The notes below the pieces were generated by a model that saw only the letters and a program-made list of their open reading frames with translations, had not been told where the DNA came from and did not search any database. From NCBI GenBank assembly GCA_017935095.1, contig JAGBIH010000016.1, forward strand, positions 255-64,254: a stretch of DNA of 64,000 bases, read 5' to 3'. Shown here in pieces: positions 48,220 through 59,109 of the stretch; the first letter of the stretch is position 1, and every line of letters begins with the position of its first letter. The DNA is from Ruminococcus sp. Lineage in GTDB: Bacteria > Bacillota > Clostridia > Oscillospirales > Ruminococcaceae. Made by a program: the position numbers and the translations under genes.

Positions 48220-50669
48220 TGCCTTCGATTGCTGAAATTGCTGTCAGCAGAACAGCATATTCCTTTGATATGCTGTTCAGCTATGCTGTGCCGGAGCATA
48301 TGCAGTCTGCGATTGCCTGTGGATGCAGAGTTCTGGTATCGTTCGGAAGATCTGATAAACGTCGGATTGGCGTAGTTATGCGGTTGTCTGATGGTGACAC
48401 GGGTAAGCTGAAAAAGCTTGTCTCGCTTGTGGACGAGGAGCCTGTAATCTCTGAGGAGCTGCTGAAGCTTGCTGAGTATCTTCGGGAACAGACCTTCTGT
48501 ACCTATTTCGACGCAGTTAAAGCCATGCTGCCTCCTGCAATGAGTGTCACCGCAAAGGAGACATTCAGGATTGTCAGGGGATTTGATAATTTTCAGCTGC
48601 TGAGTGCGGAGGCTGCACAGCTTCTTGAAACTTTGAAATGTGCCTCCTCCGAAAAAGAGCTTAACGAGCTGCTGGAGAATTTTATAACTGATAACGGCAG
48701 AAGACTTCCCGATGAATTATGCAGCAGCGGAGCGCTTTCCTCTGACAATGTATTCAGACAGACGGTTGGCGACGCTTCAGTGAAAATGGTGCGTCTTACT
48801 GATGAATACCATATGTCACCAGAGCGTTTCACGCTTACTCCGAAGCAGAAAAAGGTTGCTTCCTTTCTTGAGGAAAACGGTGCTGTTACGTCAAAAGAGG
48901 CTGCTTATATGTGCGGAGTCACAGCTGCCGTAATAAAACGTCTTGCAGCGAACGGAGCTGCTGTGGAATATGAAGCAGAGGTTCTTCGTCAGGTTGAGAA
49001 CGATTCCGGAGAAAGCAGAAATATCGACGAAATCATACTTTCCGATGAACAGCAGACGGCTCATGATGCAGTTCTGGCACAGCTTTTTGCGAAAAAGCCT
49101 GCTGTTTTTCTTCTTCACGGCATAACAGGCAGCGGAAAGACATCGGTGTTTGAAAAGCTCATAAGTGATACAATAAAGCTTGGAAGACAGGCAATACTGC
49201 TGATTCCTGAAATAAGCCTGACTCCGCAGATAATGCGAAGGTTCAGAGCTCTTTTCGGTGAGAGAGTCGCTGTTATTCACAGCGGATTATCTCTCGGACA
49301 GAGGCTTGACGAATACAAAAGAATCAAACGAGGTGAGGCGGATATCGTCATTGGAACGAGAAGCGCTGTTTTTGCACCTCTTTCAGATATCGGACTCATT
49401 ATTATTGATGAGGAGGGTGAACGTTCCTATAAATCGGACAGCTCACCAAGATATACAACAAGTGATGTTGCAAAGCAGCGCTGTGCCCATCATGGAGCAG
49501 TTCTTCTGCTTGCTTCTGCAACACCCTCGATAGAGAGCTATTATCTCGCAGAAAGAGGAGCTTATAAGCTCCTTGAAATGAAAAAGAGATACCATAGCAG
49601 TCCGCTGCCTGAGGTGAGTATCATTGATATGAACCTTGAAAGGGAGAGCGGTAACCGCACAGAATTCAGTGGTAAGCTGACTGAAGAAATAAACATTAAC
49701 CTTAAAAACGGTGAGCAGACAATACTGCTGCTTAACAGACGTGGCTACCATACGATAATAAGCTGCTGTGACTGCTATCAGCCGGTATATTGTCCGAACT
49801 GTTCTGTTCCGCTGACATATCATAAAAAAAATGACAAAATGATGTGTCATTACTGCGGTTATGCCGGCGAGCCTGTAAAAAACTGTCCATCCTGCGGCTC
49901 TGAGAGATTGAAAAGTATGGGCTTTGGTACTCAGAAGCTTGAAGAAGAGCTTTCTGTCTTATTTCCGGACGCAAGAATTCTGCGGATGGACGCAGATACA
50001 ACCTTTTCAAGATATTCCTATGAGAAGAATTTTATGGCATTCCGCAATGGTGAGTACGATATTATGATCGGCACTCAGATGATCGGAAAGGGTCTTGATT
50101 TCCCGAATGTTACGCTGGTCGGCGTTCTGTCAGTAGATAAGGCGCTCTATGCGGGAGATTTCCGAAGCTATGAACGTACCTTCTCGCTGATTACTCAGGT
50201 TGTCGGCAGAGGCGGACGTGGCGAGCGAATAGGACGTGCGGTGCTTCAGACCTTTATTCCTGAGCATTACGTGATGAATCTTGCCGCTTCACAGGATTAT
50301 ACAGGCTTCTATAGAGAGGAAATTGCCATCAGACGTGCTATGATATTTCCGCCGCTTTGTGATATGTGTATTTTCTGCTTTACCGGAAATGACGATGCAT
50401 CAGTAAAAAATGGTGCGGGCGCTGTGATGAAGCTGATGAATCTTCGCTTAAAGGAGCTTCAGCCGAAAACTCCGGTTAGAGTCCTCGGACCTGTAAAATG
50501 CTCCTATGGAAGAATCAACGGAAAATACAGATACAGAATTATCATGAAATGTAAGAATAATGCCGGAATGCGGGGCTTTATCAGTACGGTGCTTGTTGAG
50601 TCGGCACGTTTGAAGGAAATGAAAAATATTACAGTTTACGCCGATATGAACGGTGACGTAGGTGTATAA
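48219..50669 (+). CDS. priA: Primosomal protein N'
   Basis: GITGSGKT, DEE, SATPS, Cys clusters, GTQM..KGLDFP. Confidence 0.95.
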   Translation: MPSIAEIAVSRTAYSFDMLFSYAVPEHMQSAIACGCRVLVSFGRSDKRRIGVVMRLSDGDTGKLKKLVSLVDEEPVISEELLKLAEYLREQTFCTYFDAVKAMLPPAMSVTAKETFRIVRGFDNFQLLSAEAAQLLETLKCASSEKELNELLENFITDNGRRLPDELCSSGALSSDNVFRQTVGDASVKMVRLTDEYHMSPERFTLTPKQKKVASFLEENGAVTSKEAAYMCGVTAAVIKRLAANGAAVEYEAEVLRQVENDSGESRNIDEIILSDEQQTAHDAVLAQLFAKKPAVFLLHGITGSGKTSVFEKLISDTIKLGRQAILLIPEISLTPQIMRRFRALFGERVAVIHSGLSLGQRLDEYKRIKRGEADIVIGTRSAVFAPLSDIGLIIIDEEGERSYKSDSSPRYTTSDVAKQRCAHHGAVLLLASATPSIESYYLAERGAYKLLEMKKRYHSSPLPEVSIIDMNLERESGNRTEFSGKLTEEININLKNGEQTILLLNRRGYHTIISCCDCYQPVYCPNCSVPLTYHKKNDKMMCHYCGYAGEPVKNCPSCGSERLKSMGFGTQKLEEELSVLFPDARILRMDADTTFSRYSYEKNFMAFRNGEYDIMIGTQMIGKGLDFPNVTLVGVLSVDKALYAGDFRSYERTFSLITQVVGRGGRGERIGRAVLQTFIPEHYVMNLAASQDYTGFYREEIAIRRAMIFPPLCDMCIFCFTGNDDASVKNGAGAVMKLMNLRLKELQPKTPVRVLGPVKCSYGRINGKYRYRIIMKCKNNAGMRGFISTVLVESARLKEMKNITVYADMNGDVGV

Positions 50670-50715
50670 ATTCTGTTGATACTAATTATATATAGAACTG
50701 AAAGGATAGATATCA

Positions 50716-51177
50716 ATGGCATTGAGAAATATTTTAACAGACAAGGATGAAATACTCCATAAGGTATGCAAGCCTGTTGATAAATTTGATGAAAAGCTTG
50801 CACAGCTTCTTGATGATATGCATGAAACTCTTGACAAAGCTCAGGGAGTCGGTCTTGCAGCTCCTCAGATAGGAGTTTGCCGAAGACTCTTTATCATGCA
50901 CCTTGATGAGGGCATTGTAGAGGCTATAAATCCTGAAGTAACACAGAAAACCGGTAAACAGCGTGTGCAGGAGGGATGTCTTTCATGTCCGAATGTATGG
51001 GGCTATGTTACACGTCCGATGAAATGTCATCTGAAGGCTCAGGACAGAAACGGCAACTGGTTTGAATGTGATTTTACCGAGCTTGCTGCTCAGTGTACCT
51101 GCCACGAAAATGATCATCTCGATGGTCACGTTTTTACGGAAATAGTGGAGGAATTTTTCGTTCCCGAGGAGGAATGA
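50716..51177 (+). CDS. def: Peptide deformylase
   Basis: GVGLAAPQ, EGCLS, HENDH. Confidence 0.95.
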   Translation: MALRNILTDKDEILHKVCKPVDKFDEKLAQLLDDMHETLDKAQGVGLAAPQIGVCRRLFIMHLDEGIVEAINPEVTQKTGKQRVQEGCLSCPNVWGYVTRPMKCHLKAQDRNGNWFECDFTELAAQCTCHENDHLDGHVFTEIVEEFFVPEEE

Positions 51178-51181
51178 CAGT

Positions 51182-52111
51182 ATGAAGATTGTGTTTATGG
51201 GAACACCTGATTTTGCTGTTCCATGTCTGAAAACTATTGCAGAGAGCGGACATCAGCTTTCAGCTGTTTTTACTCAGCCTGATAAGCCTAAGGGACGTGG
51301 CTACAAGATGATTCCGACGCCCGTCAAGGCTGCAGCTCTTGAATATGGGGTAGATGTCTATCAGCCGTTATCACTCAGAAAGGGTGAGGATGCAGAAGCG
51401 TCAATGAAGATTTTGAACGATATTGCTCCTGATCTTATAGTCGTAACAGCTTATGGACAGATTCTGCCGAAGGAGGTTCTTGAGCTTCCTGAGTATGGCT
51501 GCATTAATATTCATGCTTCTCTTTTGCCGAAATACAGGGGTGCTGCACCGATTAACTGGTGTATTCTCAATGGCGAAACTGAAACCGGAGTAACCTCAAT
51601 GCAGATGTCAGAGGGACTTGATACCGGAGATATGCTGATTAAGAAAATGACAAAAATCGGCGAAAATGAGACGTATCAGGAGCTTTATGAGCGCCTTGCA
51701 GCTATGGGCGGCGAGGTTCTTGCCGAAACTCTTGATGCTATTGAAAACGGAAAGCTTAATCCTGAAAAACAGGACGACTCGCTTTCGTGCTATTCTCCGA
51801 TGATAAAAAAGGAAATGAGTGCGCTCGATTTCTCAAAAACGGCAGAGGAAATCCATAACACTATAAGAGGTGTTACAGGCTTTACAATGCTTGAGGGAAA
51901 GAGACTGAAAATTTTCAGGTCAATGATTTCGGACAAAATTGCTCCCGAGGCTCAGGACGGAGAAATTGTCAATTCCGATACTTTTACCGTTAAATGCGGT
52001 GACGGAGGACTTGTAACCTTCCTTGAGGTTCAGCCGGAAGGAAAAAAACGCATGAAAACTGAGGACTTCCTCAGAGGAAAAAAACTTACTAAAGGTGAAA
52101 AATTAGGTTAA
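51182..52111 (+). CDS. fmt: Methionyl-tRNA formyltransferase
   Basis: FMGTPDFA, INIHASLLPKYRGAAPI. Confidence 0.95.
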   Translation: MKIVFMGTPDFAVPCLKTIAESGHQLSAVFTQPDKPKGRGYKMIPTPVKAAALEYGVDVYQPLSLRKGEDAEASMKILNDIAPDLIVVTAYGQILPKEVLELPEYGCINIHASLLPKYRGAAPINWCILNGETETGVTSMQMSEGLDTGDMLIKKMTKIGENETYQELYERLAAMGGEVLAETLDAIENGKLNPEKQDDSLSCYSPMIKKEMSALDFSKTAEEIHNTIRGVTGFTMLEGKRLKIFRSMISDKIAPEAQDGEIVNSDTFTVKCGDGGLVTFLEVQPEGKKRMKTEDFLRGKKLTKGEKLG

Positions 52112-52126
52112 ACGGAGGTATTTATT

Positions 52127-52798
52127 ATGGATGGTATTGTTGTTTTATTAATTATGCTGGTTATTCCTGTGATTGCGCAGATTAACGTGACATCAACCTT
52201 TAACAAATATCAGAAGGTCCGCAATTCAAGAGGTCTTACAGCTGATCAGGTTGCAAGACAGATTCTCGACAGTAACGGACTCTATCATATCAGCATTGAG
52301 CGCATCAGCGGCAATCTTACTGACCACTTTGATCCGACTGCAAATGTTATAAGACTTTCTGATTCAGTTTATGGAAAGTCATCTGTTGCAGCAATCGGTG
52401 TAGCAGCCCATGAGTGCGGTCACGCTTGTCAGCACGCTGAAAATTATGCTCCTATCCAGCTCAGAAGCACTCTTGTTCCGATTACAAATTTCTGCTCAAA
52501 GTTCTGGTATTTTGTTTTCATTATCGGCGTTGTTATGCTTGAGGTGTTCCCGGCACTGATTTACGTTGGAATCATTATGTTTGGTGCAGTTGTTCTTTTC
52601 CAGCTTGTAACCCTTCCTGTTGAGTTTGACGCAAGCAACAGAGCACTCAAAACCCTTGAAAACGATTCGATTCTCGAAATAAGTGAAATTCCACAGGCAA
52701 GAAAGGTTCTCACAGCAGCTGCACTGACATATGTTACTTCACTTGTTGTTTCACTGCTCCAGCTTCTGAGACTCCTTGCTTCAGCAAAGAGAAGATAA
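52127..52798 (+). CDS. Membrane neutral zinc metallopeptidase (YugP-like)
   Basis: LTDHFDP, AAHECGHA.QH, TLPVEFDAS.RA. Confidence 0.88.
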   Translation: MDGIVVLLIMLVIPVIAQINVTSTFNKYQKVRNSRGLTADQVARQILDSNGLYHISIERISGNLTDHFDPTANVIRLSDSVYGKSSVAAIGVAAHECGHACQHAENYAPIQLRSTLVPITNFCSKFWYFVFIIGVVMLEVFPALIYVGIIMFGAVVLFQLVTLPVEFDASNRALKTLENDSILEISEIPQARKVLTAAALTYVTSLVVSLLQLLRLLASAKRR

Positions 52799-52799
52799 T

Positions 52800-54104
52800 A
52801 TGACAGATCCACGATATCTTGCGGTAAAGCTGCTTAATAAGACCTTTAAGGGCTCAAGCTATTCAAACATTCAGCTGAGTCATGGTCTTGACAGCTCCGA
52901 TATGAGTGAGCGTGATAAGAAGTTCTGTTCGGCACTTTATTATGGCGTGATTGAGAGAAAGATTACCCTTGACCATATCATAGGTGGTCTTTCATCACGT
53001 CCGCTGAGCAAGCTTGATGACATAATTATAAATATATTGCGGTGCGGTATTTATCAGCTTTTGTATATGGAAAATGTGCCTGACAGCGCTGCCGTTGATG
53101 AAAGTGTAAAGCTTGCAAAAAGATTTGGCAAGGCAAGCGCTTCCGGTATGGTCAATGCTGTTCTCAGAAACTTTATCCGACATGAAAAGGTATTTCCCGT
53201 ACCGATGGACATCATTAATTCCTCATCTATACTGTACTCAGCGCCTGTATGGCTTGTTGAGCGTCTGTGCGCTGACTATGGCTTGGAGCTTATGACAAAT
53301 CTGCTTTCAGATGCTCTTGAAAAGCCTGCGGTTACAATCAAAATGAATTCGACCCGCTGCACTGAGGCGGAGCTTGCAGCCTCACTTGAAAATATAACAC
53401 TTACAGGAAGTGAGCTTCTGCCCGACTGCTATATGCTCGGCGGAGGCGACCCTGTCAATACAGAGGCTTTTAAATCAGGATTTTTTCATGTTCAGGATAT
53501 GGCTTCACAGCTTTGCTGTATGGCACTCTCGCCGACTGAAAATGACCTTGTTCTCGATATCTGTGCTGCTCCCGGAGGCAAAACCTTTACTATGGCAGAG
53601 ATGATGAACGGTAAGGGAAAGATTTATGCTTTCGATCTGCATGAAAAGCGTGTAAAGCTTATCCGTGACGGTGCGCAGAGGCTTGGCCTCACCAATATCA
53701 TTGCAGATTGCGGTGATGCTGCGGTGTATAATCCTGAGCTTCCTGAGTTTACTAAGATTCTTTGTGATGTTCCGTGTTCAGGAATCGGTGCAGTCCGCAG
53801 AAAGCCTGAAATAAAATATAAAGACGAAGAGGATTTTTCGGCGCTTCCGGAAATCCAGTACAATATTGCACATAATGCCCTGAACTACCTTGCGGTTGGC
53901 GGAGAGCTTGTCTATTCAACCTGCACACTCCGCAGAGCCGAAAATGATGAGGTTGTGGACAGACTTCTGAAAAATCATCCTGAGCTTGAACCTGTAACGC
54001 TGCCAGAGCCTCTCGGGGAAAAATTCGGCTGCAGAGCAAGCATATTTCCGTGTCATTTCGGAAGCGATGGATTTTTTATTGCAAAATTCAGAAAAATAAA
54101 ATGA
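52800..54104 (+). CDS. rsmB: 16S rRNA m5C967 methyltransferase
   Basis: NusB-like N-terminus, DICAAPGGK, DVPCSG, YSTCT. Confidence 0.92.
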   Translation: MTDPRYLAVKLLNKTFKGSSYSNIQLSHGLDSSDMSERDKKFCSALYYGVIERKITLDHIIGGLSSRPLSKLDDIIINILRCGIYQLLYMENVPDSAAVDESVKLAKRFGKASASGMVNAVLRNFIRHEKVFPVPMDIINSSSILYSAPVWLVERLCADYGLELMTNLLSDALEKPAVTIKMNSTRCTEAELAASLENITLTGSELLPDCYMLGGGDPVNTEAFKSGFFHVQDMASQLCCMALSPTENDLVLDICAAPGGKTFTMAEMMNGKGKIYAFDLHEKRVKLIRDGAQRLGLTNIIADCGDAAVYNPELPEFTKILCDVPCSGIGAVRRKPEIKYKDEEDFSALPEIQYNIAHNALNYLAVGGELVYSTCTLRRAENDEVVDRLLKNHPELEPVTLPEPLGEKFGCRASIFPCHFGSDGFFIAKFRKIK

Positions 54105-54124
54105 TTCAGTAAAGTGGTGATAAA

Positions 54125-55180
54125 TTGGAAAAAATTGATATTCTCAGTCTCAGCCTTGACGAGCTTGGTGATATTCTTGCTGAAAAAGGCGAAAAGAAAT
54201 TCCGTGCAAAGCAGATTTTTCAATGGCTGCACGTGAAAAGAATCTTTGATTTTGACGAAATGACTGATATATCTGTCCAATTGCGATTGCGACTAAAAGA
54301 GATTTTTTGTATAAATAGACTATTTGTGCAGAAAAAGCTTGAATCTGCTATAGATAATACTGTAAAATATCTGTATAGGCTTCCTGACGGCAATTTTGTG
54401 GAGACCGTTTTAATGGAATATAATTACGGTCACAGCATATGCGTCTCGACTCAGGTCGGATGTAAGATGGGGTGCCGCTTCTGTGCATCTGCAATTGCAG
54501 GATACATAAGAAGCCTTGAGCCGTCGGAAATCCTGATGCAGATTTATGAAACCGAGAAGGATGCAGGTGTAAGGGTATCTGGAGTTGTGCTCATGGGTAT
54601 CGGAGAGCCTCTCGATAATTATGATAATGTTATAAGCTTTCTCGGTCTACTCTCAGACAAAAACGGTAATAACCTCAGTCTGAGACACGTTTCACTTTCA
54701 ACCTGTGGTATTGTTCCGAAGATTTATGAGCTTGCAGAGCTTAAACTCGGTCTTACACTGTCTGTTTCGCTTCATAGCGCAGATAACGACAGAAGAAGTG
54801 AAATAATGCCGGTCAACCGGACATATAATATAGATAGCCTGATAGAGGCATGCAGGCACTATATCAGCAAAACAGGACGGCGTGTGACCTTTGAATATGC
54901 CGTCATTGACAATGTGAATTCTTCGGATGAGGATGCGGACAGGCTGGCACGGCTGCTGAGAGGCATAAACTGTCATGTGAACCTGATTCCCGTAAATAAG
55001 GTTAAAGAAAGAAATTATCGTACCGCAAGAGCCGGTGTTGCAGAATTTGCAAAAAGACTCGGCAGGCGGGGTATAAACGCTACTGTAAGAAGAACTCTCG
55101 GAAGCGATATAGAGGCGGCGTGCGGTCAACTCAGACGTGATGCTGCTGAACACAATGGAAACGGAGGTGCTGAAAATTGA
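54125..55180 (+). CDS. rlmN: 23S rRNA m2A2503 radical SAM methyltransferase
   Basis: CKMGCRFC, MGIGEP, AACGQL. Confidence 0.95.
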   Translation: MEKIDILSLSLDELGDILAEKGEKKFRAKQIFQWLHVKRIFDFDEMTDISVQLRLRLKEIFCINRLFVQKKLESAIDNTVKYLYRLPDGNFVETVLMEYNYGHSICVSTQVGCKMGCRFCASAIAGYIRSLEPSEILMQIYETEKDAGVRVSGVVLMGIGEPLDNYDNVISFLGLLSDKNGNNLSLRHVSLSTCGIVPKIYELAELKLGLTLSVSLHSADNDRRSEIMPVNRTYNIDSLIEACRHYISKTGRRVTFEYAVIDNVNSSDEDADRLARLLRGINCHVNLIPVNKVKERNYRTARAGVAEFAKRLGRRGINATVRRTLGSDIEAACGQLRRDAAEHNGNGGAEN

Positions 55181-55902
55181 GATACAGATTCGGGACGGAT
55201 ATCGGTCTTAAGCGTGAGGAAAATCAGGACGCTGTAAGATGTGAGTATTTTGGTCATAATATCCTTGCTGTCGTTTGTGACGGTATGGGCGGTGAACGTG
55301 CCGGAAAGGAAGCAAGCCGTATTGCAATAGACGAATTTTTCCAGCGCTTCTCAGCCGGATATACCGAGAGTATGAGCGATGAAAACATACGTAAACTGCT
55401 TGTATCTTCGGTTTCAGCCGCAAATTCCGTGATCTATACAAGAGCAAGGCTTGATTTCAAAAATTTCGGCATGGGTACAACCTGTGTTGCCGCATTTATA
55501 AACAGTAAAACAGCCTTTATTGCTAATGTAGGCGACAGCAGAGCTTATCTGATAACAGATAACGGTCTGGCAAAGGTCACAACTGACCATAATGTGGCGT
55601 CGCTGCTTTATGAGCAGGGAAAAATTACAGAAGCCGAAATGGAGGTTCATCCTCAGAAGCATATGCTTGTAAGAGCGGTAGGCGTAGAAAAAACAGTCCT
55701 AACCGATACATTTATTCTTGATTATGAAGATAAAATCAGTCTGCTGCTTTGTTCCGACGGCTTGTCGGGATATTGCAGCGACGATGAAATATATGACGTC
55801 ATTGCAAAAGCTCCGTTCGATGACGTTGCTGACGAACTTATAAAACTCGCTCTGGATAAGGGCGGCCGTGACAATATAACCGTTGCGGTAATTTCTGACT
55901 AA
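55177..55902 (+). CDS. stp: PP2C-type Ser/Thr phosphatase (Stp1/PrpC)
   Basis: NQD, DGMGG, NVGDSRAY, CSDGL, DNIT. Confidence 0.92.
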   Translation: MRYRFGTDIGLKREENQDAVRCEYFGHNILAVVCDGMGGERAGKEASRIAIDEFFQRFSAGYTESMSDENIRKLLVSSVSAANSVIYTRARLDFKNFGMGTTCVAAFINSKTAFIANVGDSRAYLITDNGLAKVTTDHNVASLLYEQGKITEAEMEVHPQKHMLVRAVGVEKTVLTDTFILDYEDKISLLLCSDGLSGYCSDDEIYDVIAKAPFDDVADELIKLALDKGGRDNITVAVISD

Positions 55903-55918
55903 TGCAGGAGGAAAGGAA

Positions 55919-58234
55919 ATGGATAAGAATATTGGCAAAAAGCTCGACGGGAGATACGAAATCACCGAGCTTATCGGCGTCGGCGGAATGGCTGAGGTCT
56001 ATAAGGGTATCGATGTTATCGACAACAAAACCGTTGCGATAAAGATTCTGAAAAAGGAATATGTGGAAAATGAGGAATTTCTCCGCCGTTTCAGAAACGA
56101 ATCCAAGGCAATTGCTGTTCTTTCACACCCGAATATCGTTAAAATCTATGATGTCGGATTCTCTGAGAAAATTCAGTATATCGTCATGGAATATATCGAC
56201 GGTATTACACTCAAGGAGTATATTGAGGAAGAAAAGGTCCTCACCTGGAAGGATACCGTTCACTTTGTAATCCAGATTCTGCGTGCACTTCAGCATGCAC
56301 ATGATAAGGGTATCGTTCACCGTGATATCAAGCCGCAGAATATAATGATGTTCACCGACGGTACTATAAAGGTCATGGATTTCGGCATTGCAAAATTTGC
56401 CCGTGAGGACGGTAAAACAGCTACTGATCAGGCAATCGGAAGTGTTCATTATATCAGTCCCGAGCAGGCAAGCGGAAATGTAACCGACGCTAAGAGCGAT
56501 ATTTACTCGGTTGGTGCAATGATGTATGAAATGCTTACCGGAAGAAAACCGTTTGACGGTGATAATCCGGTTGCTATCGCTGTAATGCATATGCACGATA
56601 TTCCTGAGCGCCCGAGAGCAATAAATGCAGATATTCCTGACGGACTTGAGGAAATCGTCCTCAGAGCTATGGAAAAGGCTCCCGAGGACAGATATCAGAC
56701 AACCGCTGAGATGATAAATGATATCGAAGCCTTTAAAGCAAATCCCGATATTACCTTCGGCTACTATCAGGAAGAGCCTGACGACGATGAGAATACAAGA
56801 CATTTCAGTGCTCCTGTAGGAGGAGATGTTCAGACCGAAAGTCCTGATGAGGTAGAGAGTGCTTATGCCTCTAAAGCTCCTGTTTATGCTGCTCCGGCCG
56901 GTGCTGCCGCAATGTATGCGGGAGGTCAGCCGCCTCAGAGATATAACAATCAGAATCCAATTTACAATAATAATGAATATTATGATGATGACGACGATGA
57001 TGAGGAAGAAGAGCGTTCATCGCTTGTAGTTCCTGTACTCACAGCTGTAGTTGTAGTAGTTATTATCGTTGCGGTAATTTTTGTAGCACAGCTTCTCGGC
57101 AGTCTCATAAAGAATGATGGAAAAAAAGCTGACCATACAATGCCCGATTTTTATAACTGGGATTATAACGAGGCTGTAAGAGCATACGGAAATACTATCA
57201 AGTTTGAGATCGAAAGCTCGGAATATAATGAGCTTGAGGAAAACCACATCATGGAGCAGAGCATTCCTGCCGGTGATGAATTCAATAAAGGTGACGTGCT
57301 CAGAGTAAAAATCAGCCGTGGACTTGAAACCGTTGAAATGCCTAAGGTAAGCAACATGAATGTTGAGGTTGCTAAGGATCAGCTCACTCAGCGAGGTCTT
57401 GAACCTAAGGTGAAACAGCAGGCAAGTACCGAAGTTCAGAAGGGCTATGTAATAAAAACAGAGCCAGAGGCAGGCGTTGAGATTCATAAGGGCGAGACAG
57501 TTATCCTTTATGTAAGTATGGGCGCAAATACAGATCAGGTAAATGTTGAGGACTATACGGGCAAAGACGTTGAGGACGCTTCAAGAATAGCTTCATACAG
57601 CGGACTCAAGGTAAAAACAGAGCCTACTCCGTCATATGAGGATGAAGGTATTGTTGTAGATCAGAGCATCAAGAAGGGCGAAAAGGTTGATGAGGGTACA
57701 GAAATTATCCTTTATTTCAGTGACGGTACAACTCCTGACGGAGAAATTCCGTTCAGAATTCCTTTCCCGTCAGATGCAAACGGCAGATTTGTAATCGACT
57801 TCATTATCAAAAATCCGAACGGAACAACTGATGTTGAATCAACTCAGAATTTCCTCGTTCCTGAAATGAGCTACATCGAAAAGAATATTCAGGGTTCGGG
57901 TGAAAATGTCAGCGTAACAGTAGTGCTTACTAATATCAGCACAAACGCAAGATGCAATATTGGTGAGTATTATTTCAATTTCGCAACAAGCAGTGTTATT
58001 ACAGTCAGAGAGGATATACGTTTAGCCTTTGAGATGGTAGGCGGCTTCCCTGAGCCTGAAACAACAGAGCCTCCGACAGAGCCACCAACAGAGCCTCCGA
58101 CAGAACCACCAACGGAGCCACCTACAGAACCACCAACAGAGCCTCCGACAGAGCAGTGGACAGATCCGCCGACTACAGAACCTTGGCAGGATCCTAACGG
58201 CGGCGGTGAAAACGGCGGCGAACAGTTATGGTAA
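55919..58234 (+). CDS. pknB: PASTA Ser/Thr kinase (PknB/PrkC) with Pro/Thr/Glu tail
   Basis: GVGGMAEVY, HRDIKPQN, DFG, SPEQ, TM, PASTA repeats. Confidence 0.93.
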   Translation: MDKNIGKKLDGRYEITELIGVGGMAEVYKGIDVIDNKTVAIKILKKEYVENEEFLRRFRNESKAIAVLSHPNIVKIYDVGFSEKIQYIVMEYIDGITLKEYIEEEKVLTWKDTVHFVIQILRALQHAHDKGIVHRDIKPQNIMMFTDGTIKVMDFGIAKFAREDGKTATDQAIGSVHYISPEQASGNVTDAKSDIYSVGAMMYEMLTGRKPFDGDNPVAIAVMHMHDIPERPRAINADIPDGLEEIVLRAMEKAPEDRYQTTAEMINDIEAFKANPDITFGYYQEEPDDDENTRHFSAPVGGDVQTESPDEVESAYASKAPVYAAPAGAAAMYAGGQPPQRYNNQNPIYNNNEYYDDDDDDEEEERSSLVVPVLTAVVVVVIIVAVIFVAQLLGSLIKNDGKKADHTMPDFYNWDYNEAVRAYGNTIKFEIESSEYNELEENHIMEQSIPAGDEFNKGDVLRVKISRGLETVEMPKVSNMNVEVAKDQLTQRGLEPKVKQQASTEVQKGYVIKTEPEAGVEIHKGETVILYVSMGANTDQVNVEDYTGKDVEDASRIASYSGLKVKTEPTPSYEDEGIVVDQSIKKGEKVDEGTEIILYFSDGTTPDGEIPFRIPFPSDANGRFVIDFIIKNPNGTTDVESTQNFLVPEMSYIEKNIQGSGENVSVTVVLTNISTNARCNIGEYYFNFATSSVITVREDIRLAFEMVGGFPEPETTEPPTEPPTEPPTEPPTEPPTEPPTEPPTEQWTDPPTTEPWQDPNGGGENGGEQLW
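58064..58153 (+). repeat. 12-bp coding tandem repeat (TEPP)n
   Basis: About 7 ACAGARCCWCCR units with synonymous variation. Confidence 0.85.
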
Positions 58235-59109
58235 ACCGTTCGGAAACAAGCGGAATTATAATAAAATGCTTAGGGGGACTCTATACTGTAGAGTCCCCTG
58301 ACGGTATTTATGAGTGTAAAGCGAGAGGAGTTTTCCGCAACAGAGGAATAAGTCCTTATGTCGGGGACAGGGTTAAGCTTCAGAATGGAGTTATAACTGA
58401 AATTTACGACAGAAAAAACTGTATTATAAGACCTCCTCTTGCAAATCTTGATCAGCTGATTTTTATTGTATCAACGTGTAGTCCGTCACCGAATTATCTG
58501 ATTCTGGATAAGTTTATTGCTATTGCGGAGTACAAGTCTATCCGTCCTGTTGTGGTGATTACTAAGACCGACCTCGGCGACAGCTCAGAAATTCACCGCA
58601 TTTATGATAAAATCGGAATTGAAGTTCTTGAGGTTGACTATGCTGATGAAAGCACAATAGACGGCGTAAGAGAACTTCTGTCGGGGAAAATCAGCGCATT
58701 TACAGGAAATTCTGGCGCAGGAAAGTCAACTCTTCTTAATGCAGTTGATTCAACATTGAATATTCCTACAGCCGAAATCAGCAAAAAACTGGGAAGAGGC
58801 CGCCATACAACCCGTCATGCCGAGCTTTATAAGCTCAGGGACGGAGGCTATATTGCTGATACCCCCGGTTTTTCAACCTTTGAGACCAATCGCTATGACA
58901 TAATACGCAAGGAGGAGCTTGCCGGCTGCTTCCGTGAAATGGAGCAGTATTCCGGTGATTGCCGCTTCAAGGATTGCTCACATACCTGCGAGAAGGGCTG
59001 TGCAGTAATTGAGGCTGTTGACAGAGGAGAAATTTCCGAAAGCCGTCACACAAGCTATTGTACTATGTATGACGAGGCAAAGCAGCTGAAGGAGTGGGAG
59101 CTGAAATGA
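58228..59109 (+). CDS. rsgA: Ribosome small-subunit GTPase
   Basis: TKTD, GNSGAGKS, GRHTT, DTPG, CRFKDCSHTCE.GC. Confidence 0.95.
   Translation: MVNRSETSGIIIKCLGGLYTVESPDGIYECKARGVFRNRGISPYVGDRVKLQNGVITEIYDRKNCIIRPPLANLDQLIFIVSTCSPSPNYLILDKFIAIAEYKSIRPVVVITKTDLGDSSEIHRIYDKIGIEVLEVDYADESTIDGVRELLSGKISAFTGNSGAGKSTLLNAVDSTLNIPTAEISKKLGRGRHTTRHAELYKLRDGGYIADTPGFSTFETNRYDIIRKEELAGCFREMEQYSGDCRFKDCSHTCEKGCAVIEAVDRGEISESRHTSYCTMYDEAKQLKEWELK

Noticed and set aside
58064-58153. Tandem repeat as a CRISPR or phase-variation tract
   Set aside because: In-frame 12-bp units with synonymous variation encode an ordinary TEPP linker.
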